Origin: an uncultured bacterium | GTDB lineage: Bacteria > Bacillota_I > Bacilli_A > RF39 > UBA660 | Direction of reading: 5' to 3' | DNA length: 45,045 nt | Assembly: GCA_949288335.1 (NCBI GenBank) | Contig: CASEJU010000013.1 | Location: 1 to 45,045, forward strand | In this document: positions 17,966 through 24,793 of the stretch, in pieces | Numbering within the stretch: the first letter of the stretch is position 1 | Layout: each line of letters starts with the position of its first letter | Translations under genes and position numbers: made by a program | The notes under the pieces: generated by a model | The model's database searches: none | Told to the model about the DNA's origin: nothing | The model's input: only the letters and a program-made list of their open reading frames with translations

Positions 17966-17971
17966 CAAATA

Positions 17972-17999
17972 AAAGGCCAAGAACTTTTTCTTGACCTTT
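17972..17999. terminator. Bidirectional terminator between the convergent recX and prsA-like genes
   Basis: aaaggccaagaa / ttcttgaccttt with a 4-nt loop. There is one C-A mismatch on the + strand, which becomes a G-U pair on the - strand. Confidence 0.7.
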
Positions 18000-18002
18000 A
18001 TT

Positions 18003-19214
18003 TTATTCAGCGCTAGTTGTTGTAGTAGTTGTGGTAGTTGCTTCTTTAATATAACTATTATAGTCGCTTTTTATTGTTTTATCTTTAATTTTAATATTAT
18101 ATTTTTCTCTTAAAGCAATAATTGCTTTAACACTTATGGTTGAATCTTCTTCTTTTTTTTCTTCGACTAATTTTTCTTTTATAGTATCTTTAGATTTTTT
18201 ATAGCTTGGTTTATCTTTTTGACCAATTTTCATAATTATATGATATCCGTATTCTGTTTCAACTGGTTCGGTTGTGTATTCATTAACATCAAGTGCATAT
18301 GCTGCTTTTTCGAATGCTTCAACCATATCTCCAGTATTAAAGTAACCTAAATCGCCACCGTTTTCCTTGGTTCCTTCATCATCAGAGTATTCTTTTACCA
18401 AAGTATCAAAATCTTCACCGTTTTTTAGTTTCTCAATTACTTCTTCTGCTTTTTTCTTAGCTTCGTTTTTTTGAGCTTCATTTTCCTCATCAGTTTTGTT
18501 TTCGTCTTCTTCGTATGATATTAAAATATGCTTAGCACTAATGTCTCCAACGATGTTATTTTCGTAGTATTCTTTCATTTCTTTTTCGGTTAAGTTATCT
18601 TTTATATAATCATCGGTAGCACTAGTTAATTTACTATTTTTTATTAATAAGTCTTTTAACTCAGCATCATCTTTAATACCATTATATTCTAAGAACTGTT
18701 CATAACTATCGCCATAAGTATTTTTATATGTTTCTATTGTTGATTCGGCTGATTCTTTCATTTCGCTTGTTGTTTCATATTCTTTATCTAATATATAATC
18801 ATCTATTAAGTTAATTGCTACCGCTTGACCAGATTGTTTTTTTAACGCTTGATATAATTCGTCCGCGGTAATTGTTTTACCATCAACTTGAACAACTATG
18901 TCATCGCCGTTTTTGGTTTTAGTGTTTTTAGTTGACACTCCAATTAAAATAATTAATAGTATTGCAATTATAATTACGCCACCAATTATTATTTGTTCTA
19001 GAGTAAGGTTATTAAACCAACTAACAATTTTGTTTTGTTTTTTTTCTTTTTTTCTTTTAGCTTCGTAAACATCAATTACTTTTTCTTCTTTTTTAGTTTG
19101 TGTTTTTTTTGCAGCAGCTTTTACTTCTGTTTTTTTACTAGCAGTTTTTTTAGTTGCTACGTTTTTCTTTTTAGCAGTACTTGTTTTTGAATTAGTTTCT
19201 TTTTTTTCTGCCAC
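18003..19214 (-). CDS. Membrane-anchored parvulin-type peptidyl-prolyl isomerase (PrsA-like foldase)
   Basis: PpiC/parvulin domain (ISAKHILI ... GGDLGYFNTGDMVEAFEKAAYAL ... YGYHIIM). About 65 aa of Lys-rich N-terminus precede one TM helix. GTG start with SD aggagga. The C-terminus carries a T8 tail. Confidence 0.85.
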   Translation of the reverse strand: MAEKKETNSKTSTAKKKNVATKKTASKKTEVKAAAKKTQTKKEEKVIDVYEAKRKKEKKQNKIVSWFNNLTLEQIIIGGVIIIAILLIILIGVSTKNTKTKNGDDIVVQVDGKTITADELYQALKKQSGQAVAINLIDDYILDKEYETTSEMKESAESTIETYKNTYGDSYEQFLEYNGIKDDAELKDLLIKNSKLTSATDDYIKDNLTEKEMKEYYENNIVGDISAKHILISYEEDENKTDEENEAQKNEAKKKAEEVIEKLKNGEDFDTLVKEYSDDEGTKENGGDLGYFNTGDMVEAFEKAAYALDVNEYTTEPVETEYGYHIIMKIGQKDKPSYKKSKDTIKEKLVEEKKEEDSTISVKAIIALREKYNIKIKDKTIKSDYNSYIKEATTTTTTTTSAE

Positions 19215-19292
19215 TTTTTCATCCTCCTATCATGTACTTATATATCATAACAAATTATATGCTTTGGTGCAACTTTTTTGATAAACATAGGC

Positions 19293-19320
19293 ACACATTT
19301 TAAGGTATTACCATAAAATA
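19293..19320 (+). promoter_or_regulatory. Candidate SigK-type promoter for the yjcZ-like gene pair
   Basis: cACAC (19292-19296), then 15-17 nt, then CATAAAATA (19312-19320), which fits AC-N16/17-CATAnnnTA. Confidence 0.4.
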
Positions 19321-19350
19321 CTTTGAAAAGACAAAAAGGAGGAATGAATT

Positions 19351-19434
19351 ATGGGAAACAATTATGCATCTGGCGCTGGAATTATATTAGTACTATTCAT
19401 TTTATTAGTAATCATAATAGGTGCTTACGTTTAG
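19351..19434 (+). CDS. YjcZ-family tiny transmembrane sporulation protein (27 aa); not in the supplied ORF track
   Basis: The SD aaaggagg lies 7 nt upstream of ATG 19351. The product MGNNYASGAGIILVLFILLVIIIGAYV matches the Gly-rich N-terminus plus (I/L/V)VLFILLxIIxG pattern of the tiny-TM YjcZ family. Confidence 0.65.
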   Translation: MGNNYASGAGIILVLFILLVIIIGAYV

Positions 19435-19458
19435 TATAAAAAAAGGAGGTTTATAAAC

Positions 19459-19600
19459 TATGGCATGTTGCGGAACAACAGGGACTAACTCTTGCAATCC
19501 ATGTGGAAACACTTGCTCAAGAGGTAAAGGCAGTGGATTTTTACTAGTTATAGTACTTTATATTCTACTTGCTATAATAGTTGGTTCATTTATATGTTAA
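19459..19600 (+). pseudogene. Second YjcZ-like tiny TM gene with an apparent 1-nt frameshift (Cys-rich N-terminus)
   Basis: The SD aaaggagg lies upstream of ATG 19459, giving MACCGTTGTNSCNPCGNTCSRGKGSGFLLVIVLY. The family-typical continuation (F)IILLAIIVGSFIC-stop (TAA 19598-19600) is in the +1 frame from about 19553-19562. The in-frame reading instead runs through the terminator hairpin to 19638. Confidence 0.5.
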
Positions 19601-19601
19601 A

Positions 19602-19630
19602 AGAAGCAAAATTTTGCTTCTTTTTCTTTT
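19602..19630 (+). terminator. Rho-independent terminator
   Basis: Perfect palindrome agaagcaaaattttgcttct (19602-19621), followed by a T-run. Confidence 0.8.
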
Positions 19631-19690
19631 GTTGTTAATTTTAAAAAAATGGTATAAAATAACAATAGATAAGACATGGAGGTGGTATTC

Positions 19691-21082
19691 ATGTTTACGA
19701 TAAGAATAAAAAACAAAAGAATAAAAATTTTTAACTGGATTATTTTTTTAACCATTATATTTTTAATATTATATTTGTTTGGATCACTTATTTTTATGCT
19801 TCCTATGTTTAAAAAGACGTATGACTATAAACTTACAAAAGAAAATTATAGTATTAAAAGTAAGATTACTTTTAAAGATGAATGGTTTAGGTGTAACGTA
19901 AAAGAACAATATGAGATTAAAGCAGAAGATAAGTTGATTAAAAACGCGCTTAAAAAAGATTTAATAAATGATGGATTTGTAAAAAAGAAGAATGTTTATG
20001 TTCGGGTTACAAAAACTTCTGGTACGTGTAAGATGAAAAAAGTAAATTATGAAAAAACGCACTCTAATAATTACGTTGTTTTTAAACTTAATGGAGAAGA
20101 AAAGGTAGATATTAATTATGGAAGTTCTTATACTGATTCATATGTTACTTTAAAAATAGGTAAAGAAGAATCTAAAAACATTAAAATTAATTCTAATTAT
20201 AATGAAAATAAAGTAGGTTCTTATGTAATTTCTTATACCGCTTTTATATCAAATGACTATAAACAGAGGTTATATAGAAAAGTAAACGTAATTGATAATG
20301 AAAAACCAGATATAAAACTTAATGGTGATTTAAATTTAGAAATTGATTATGGATCTAAATATAATGAACCAGGATATACGGCAACTGATAATTATGATGG
20401 TAACATAACTAATAAAGTAAAAGTAAAAAATACTATAAATAATAAAAAACCTGGTGTTTATAAAATAACTTATAAAGTAAAGGACTCATCTAATAACGTT
20501 AATACTAAAGAAAGAATGGTTACCGTAAAAGAAAAAACAGATAGTGTTAATAAAAAAGTGACTAACATTGAAGTTAAAGACGGAATAACTTATGTTAATG
20601 GTATTTTAATTGTTAATAAAACTTATGACTTGCCAAAAGATTATGATCCAAAAGTAAATAAACAAGCACTAAAAAAACTAAAAGAACTACAAGCTGATGG
20701 TAAAGTTTTAGGTCTTGATTTGTCACTTATTTCAGGTTATAGATCTTATAAAACCCAAGAGGATTTATATAATAAATACGTAGAAAAAGATGGTGAAGAT
20801 ATTGCAAGTACGTACTCGGCTAAACCTGGGCATTCTGAACACCAAACTGGTCTTGCTTTTGACGTTGGAAGTGTTGATAGGTCTTTTGAAAATACGAATG
20901 AAGCCAAATGGCTAGAAGAAAACGCTCATTTATATGGATTTATAATAAGATATCCAAAAGGTAAAACAAATATAACGGGTTATATTTATGAACCTTGGCA
21001 CATAAGATATTTAGGAGTTGATACCGCAACTAAGGTAAAACAATCTGGTTTAACTTTAGAAGAGTATTTAGGTATAAATTAA
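19691..21082 (+). CDS. Membrane-anchored D-alanyl-D-alanine carboxypeptidase, VanY/peptidase M15B family, with an Ig-like (DUF5011-type) domain
   Basis: C-terminal motifs SGYRSYxxQ, SEHQTGLAFD and EPWHIRYLG are present. The central segment PDIKLNGD...GYTATDNYDGNIT...PGVYKITYKVKDSSNN is typical of the bacterial Ig-like domain. An N-terminal TM helix is present. ATG 19691 fits SD ggaggtg. Confidence 0.85.
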   Translation: MFTIRIKNKRIKIFNWIIFLTIIFLILYLFGSLIFMLPMFKKTYDYKLTKENYSIKSKITFKDEWFRCNVKEQYEIKAEDKLIKNALKKDLINDGFVKKKNVYVRVTKTSGTCKMKKVNYEKTHSNNYVVFKLNGEEKVDINYGSSYTDSYVTLKIGKEESKNIKINSNYNENKVGSYVISYTAFISNDYKQRLYRKVNVIDNEKPDIKLNGDLNLEIDYGSKYNEPGYTATDNYDGNITNKVKVKNTINNKKPGVYKITYKVKDSSNNVNTKERMVTVKEKTDSVNKKVTNIEVKDGITYVNGILIVNKTYDLPKDYDPKVNKQALKKLKELQADGKVLGLDLSLISGYRSYKTQEDLYNKYVEKDGEDIASTYSAKPGHSEHQTGLAFDVGSVDRSFENTNEAKWLEENAHLYGFIIRYPKGKTNITGYIYEPWHIRYLGVDTATKVKQSGLTLEEYLGIN

Positions 21083-21091
21083 AAGAGGATT

Positions 21092-21490
21092 TTAGTCCTC
21101 TTTTATTATTTCGTATACTTCTTTAGTATCTTTTATGTTTTCTTTATTTTTTATTAATTGAACGGATTTTTTATTTACATAATGTGGCTTGATATGTAAA
21201 TGATAATGTTTTATTTCTTGTATACTACCATTATTTTGAAGTAAAGTAAAGCCATCACAACCTAATTTTTCTTCTAGTTTTTTCATTATTTGTTTAGCTA
21301 TTTTTTGAATATGCAATAAAATGTCATCGGGAATATCATATATATCCTTATAATGTGTTTTAGGAACAATTAAAGTATGACCATCACTATCTGGATTGAT
21401 GTCTAAATAAGCAAGACAAACATCATCTTCATAAACTTTCATACTAGGTATATCTCCTTTAATTATTTTACAAAATATGCAATCTTTCAT
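21092..21490 (-). CDS. HIT-family nucleotide hydrolase/transferase
   Basis: N-terminal CIFCKI motif and the histidine triad HYHLHIKP. 132 aa. Confidence 0.9.
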   Translation of the reverse strand: MKDCIFCKIIKGDIPSMKVYEDDVCLAYLDINPDSDGHTLIVPKTHYKDIYDIPDDILLHIQKIAKQIMKKLEEKLGCDGFTLLQNNGSIQEIKHYHLHIKPHYVNKKSVQLIKNKENIKDTKEVYEIIKED

Positions 21491-21605
21491 TATTTCACCT
21501 CTTATTTTATTTTATCATAAAAATAGTGTTAATAGTAAATAATCTTAACATCAAGAAGAATAAAATATTAATGAATTAATGATAAGCCGAATGGAGGTGA
21601 TGCTT

Positions 21606-22790
21606 TTGAATTATAAAGATGATTTTAAAATGTTAAATAAGGATATTATTTATTTTGATAACGCTGCAACAACGTTTAAGCCTAATAGTGTTATACAAAG
21701 CATTAATGATTATTATGAAAATTATAGTGTTAATGCTAATCGTGGTGATTATGATTTAAGCTTATTAGTAGATGATAAAGTATTAGACGTAAGAAAAAAA
21801 GTTGCAAAGTTCATTAATGCAAAATCACCTAATGAAATAGTTTTTACCTCTGGTGCTACTATGTCACTTAACATGATAATAGAAGGATTTTTTAAAACGC
21901 ATTTAAAAGCGGGTGATGAGGTTTTAACAACGAAGTCAGAGCATGCATCACTTATTTTGCCTTTGTTTAGTATGTCAAGTAAAAATGGAGCAACAATTAA
22001 TTACATTGATTTAGAAGATGATTTTTCGGTTTCTTTAAAAAAAGTAAAAGAAAAAATAAATAAACATACTAAGTTAATAGCAATTTCACACGTAACAAAC
22101 GTAATAGGGGACGTAAGACCTATTAAAGAAATATGTAATCTTGCTCATAAGTTAGGTATACTTGTTTTGATAGATGCATCTCAAAGTGCTCCTCATCAAA
22201 AGATAGACGTAACAGGTATCGATTGTGATTTTCTTGTTTTTTCTGCTCATAAAATGTTAGGACCAACCGGAATAGGAGTTTTGTACGGGAAAGAAAAATA
22301 CTTAAGTAAAGTAAATCCAATAATATCCGGCGGCGGTATGAATGCGTTTTTCGATAGTAACAAAAACGTTTTATATAAAGAAGTACCGCAAAAACTAGAA
22401 GCAGGAACCCAAAATATAGCGGGCATAATGGGACTTGGAGCAGCGATTGACTATATAAATAAAGTTGGTATGAAAAACATTCAAGAGCATGAAATAAATT
22501 TAAAAAAGTATGCTATTAAAAAACTAAGTGAGATAAAAAACATAATAATATATAACAAAGATATAGAAAATGGAATAATTACGTTTAATATAGATGACGT
22601 GCCAATTAAGGATGTATCTAGTTACTTAAATAAAAATCATATTTGTGTAAGGGTCGGTAGTCACTGCGCTAAAATACTATCAGAAGTAGTAGGAGTAAAT
22701 AAGACCTTAAGAGTAAGTTTTTATTTTTATAATACTAAAGAAGAAGTAGATAAGTTTGTTGATGTTTTAAAAGTATTTAATTTGTCGTAA
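21606..22790 (+). CDS. Class V aminotransferase / cysteine desulfurase (SufS/CsdA-like)
   Basis: YFDNAATT, the PLP-Lys motif SAHKMLGPTGIGVLY and the C-terminal RVGSHCA active-site Cys loop are present. The start is uncertain: TTG 21606 best fits SD ggaggtg, with ATG 21600, 21591 and 21579 as alternatives. Confidence 0.88.
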   Translation: MNYKDDFKMLNKDIIYFDNAATTFKPNSVIQSINDYYENYSVNANRGDYDLSLLVDDKVLDVRKKVAKFINAKSPNEIVFTSGATMSLNMIIEGFFKTHLKAGDEVLTTKSEHASLILPLFSMSSKNGATINYIDLEDDFSVSLKKVKEKINKHTKLIAISHVTNVIGDVRPIKEICNLAHKLGILVLIDASQSAPHQKIDVTGIDCDFLVFSAHKMLGPTGIGVLYGKEKYLSKVNPIISGGGMNAFFDSNKNVLYKEVPQKLEAGTQNIAGIMGLGAAIDYINKVGMKNIQEHEINLKKYAIKKLSEIKNIIIYNKDIENGIITFNIDDVPIKDVSSYLNKNHICVRVGSHCAKILSEVVGVNKTLRVSFYFYNTKEEVDKFVDVLKVFNLS

Positions 22791-22817
22791 TTTGTCGGTC
22801 AAATTACTAAAAAAAGA

Positions 22818-22852
22818 TTTTTGTAAAAAATTATTTGCAAAAATTCTTTTTT
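22818..22852 (+). terminator. AT-rich stem-loop plus T-run downstream of the desulfurase gene
   Basis: tttttgtaaa (22818-22827) pairs with tttgcaaaaa (22834-22843), with one G-U pair. ttcttttttatt follows. Confidence 0.4.
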
Positions 22853-22911
22853 ATTCCAGCTAAATAATAAAATTATAACTTTATTTTAATATATATCGCT
22901 TTTTTTGTTTT

Positions 22912-22940
22912 TTGATACGTTTTTATAAATTATGTATATT
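22912..22940 (+). promoter_or_regulatory. SigA-type promoter of ssb
   Basis: TTGATA (22912-22917), 17-nt spacer, TATATT (22935-22940). The ORF-track ATG 22932 lies inside this promoter. Confidence 0.6.
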
Positions 22941-22964
22941 ATCACCAGAAAGGAGATGATATAC

Positions 22965-23318
22965 GTGTTAAATCAGCTAGTTGTTGTGGGTAGGTTAGTT
23001 AAAGACCCAGAGTTAAGGAAAACTGAAAATGGTAGAAATACCACTAACATTACCCTAGCAGTTCCTAGAAGTTATAAAAATACTAACGGGGAATATGACA
23101 CTGACTTTATTGATTGTGTTTTGTGGAGTAACGTTGCAGAAACAACAACCGAATATTGCCATAAAGGCGATTTACTTGGTATAAAAGGAAGAATACAAAC
23201 CCGCGTTATAAAAAAAGAAGAAGAAAAACCAAAATATATAGCTGAAATAATTGGTGAGCGGGTAACGTTTTTATCTTCTGCTCATAAACCTAAAACAGTA
23301 GAAAAAAAGGAAGATTAG
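22965..23318 (+). CDS. ssb: Single-stranded DNA-binding protein, short form lacking the acidic D-D-D-(I/L)-P-F tail (SsbB-like)
   Basis: GTG 22965 is preceded by SD aaaggaga. The product starts MLNQLVVVGRLVKDPELRKTENG (canonical OB-fold N-terminus), is 117 aa long and ends ...KPKTVEKKED. Confidence 0.88.
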   Translation: MLNQLVVVGRLVKDPELRKTENGRNTTNITLAVPRSYKNTNGEYDTDFIDCVLWSNVAETTTEYCHKGDLLGIKGRIQTRVIKKEEEKPKYIAEIIGERVTFLSSAHKPKTVEKKED

Positions 23319-23329
23319 CTTCCTTTTTT
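23306..23329 (+). terminator. Rho-independent terminator overlapping the ssb stop
   Basis: Stem aaaggaag (23306-23313) / cttccttt (23319-23326) with loop attag, then a T-run. Confidence 0.7.
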
Positions 23330-23415
23330 AAATTATAAAATAAACTTTCATAAAGAAATAAAAATATTAAGTATAAAAAACAATTAAAAACATATTTTTT
23401 ATTAGAGGTGTTTAG

Positions 23416-24699
23416 ATGAAGAAAATATGTCTTTTTATAGTTTGTTTATTTCTTTTTGTTCCGCTGGTTTACGCGGTAGATACTAATAGTACTACAACAA
23501 GTAAAAATGTCACAACCCAAGAAGAAACTACCACCGATAGTGAATCTAGCTGTGAAGCAAGTGGCGATTGTACGAATGAAAATGAACAAACGTCACAAGA
23601 AACTGAAGAAACAAGCGATGATGGATTATTAAGCGATGGAAAAAGTGCGATATTAATAGAAGCTTCAACTGGTAAAGTTTTATATGAAAAAAACTCTCAT
23701 GATAGATATGCTCCAGCTTCTATGACTAAAATTATGAGTATGATATTAATCATGGAAGAAATCGAAAAGGGTAATTTAAAATGGAATGAAAAATTAGTGG
23801 CAAGTGAATATGCTGCGTCAATGGGTGGAAGTCAAATATTTTTACAGCCTAACGAAAAGATGAGCGTTAAGGATTTGTTTAAGGCGGTAGCAATTGGCTC
23901 TGCTAATGATGCTACGGTTGTTTTTGCAGAAAGGATCGCTGGAACCGAAGCAAAATTCGTTGAGATGATGAATGATAAAGCAAAAGAATTAGGTCTTAAA
24001 GATACTAATTTTAAAAACTCAGTAGGGCTTGATGAAGCAAACCATTACTCTTCAGCATACGACATGGCTTATATGGCAAGAGAACTTGTTAAACACGAAA
24101 AGATTTTTGAGTTTACTACCATATACGAAGATTATTTAAGGCAAAATACCGATAATAAATTCTGGCTTGTTAACACTAATAAATTAATCAAAACGTATGA
24201 AGGTGCTGATGGGCTTAAGACTGGTTATACTAAAGAAGCAGGATATTGTTTAACGGCTACCGCAAACAAAAATAACATGAGATTAATTGGAACAATCATG
24301 GGAGCTGGTGATAGTAAGTCAAGGAATAGTAACATGGCAACATTGTTAGATTACGGATATAACTCTTATGAGATGCAAGTTGAGGTTAAAAAAGGAGAAG
24401 TAGTATCAAGAAAGTATATATCAAAAGCTAAAGATGAAACCGTAGAAATAGTTCCAAAAGATGACGCGAGTGTACTTATTGAAAGGGGAAACAAAAAAGA
24501 GGCACTAAATTACGAAATGAGTTTAAACAAACTAAAGCTTCCAATAAAAAGCGGGGATAGTGTAGGTACATTAAAGTTAAAAGAGGGTAATAAAGTAATA
24601 AGTACCGTTGATTTAACCGTTAAAAAAGACGTGGAAAAAGCTGGTATTTTAGAACTTTATAAAAGATCTATTAAGAGTATATTAAAAGGAGCCTATTAA
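23416..24699 (+). CDS. Serine-type D-Ala-D-Ala carboxypeptidase (peptidase S11, PBP5/DacB/DacF-like)
   Basis: Signal peptide followed by a T/E/S-rich linker. Motifs SMTK (APASMTKIMS), SxN (GSANDA) and KTG (LKTGYT) are present, plus a C-terminal PBP5_C-like domain. Confidence 0.9.
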   Translation: MKKICLFIVCLFLFVPLVYAVDTNSTTTSKNVTTQEETTTDSESSCEASGDCTNENEQTSQETEETSDDGLLSDGKSAILIEASTGKVLYEKNSHDRYAPASMTKIMSMILIMEEIEKGNLKWNEKLVASEYAASMGGSQIFLQPNEKMSVKDLFKAVAIGSANDATVVFAERIAGTEAKFVEMMNDKAKELGLKDTNFKNSVGLDEANHYSSAYDMAYMARELVKHEKIFEFTTIYEDYLRQNTDNKFWLVNTNKLIKTYEGADGLKTGYTKEAGYCLTATANKNNMRLIGTIMGAGDSKSRNSNMATLLDYGYNSYEMQVEVKKGEVVSRKYISKAKDETVEIVPKDDASVLIERGNKKEALNYEMSLNKLKLPIKSGDSVGTLKLKEGNKVISTVDLTVKKDVEKAGILELYKRSIKSILKGAY

Positions 24700-24769
24700 T
24701 TTATTTAAGGCTTTTTTTACGTAAACTTTTTAATAAATAAAAGTTTATTAGATTAAATATTTTTGTGTC

Positions 24770-24778
24770 TGTTATAAT
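24770..24778 (+). promoter_or_regulatory. Extended -10 element of the ATPase gene
   Basis: TGtTATAAT. SD GGTGAT (24785-24790) lies 6 nt downstream. Confidence 0.5.
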
Positions 24779-24793
24779 ATTATTGGTGATGGT

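Noticed and set aside
23330-23415. GTATA-N15-CATATTT upstream of the Dac gene as a SigF/SigG promoter
   Set aside because: The spacer (15 nt) and the -10 fit neither the SigG (N18, CATxHTA) nor the SigF (GGnnAnAnT) consensus well enough to be reported.
24722-24748. 9-bp A/T-only hairpin taaactttt/aaaagttta upstream of the ATPase gene
   Set aside because: It is purely A-T paired, has no following T-run, and lies in generic AT-rich spacer. This is insufficient to call it a terminator or operator.
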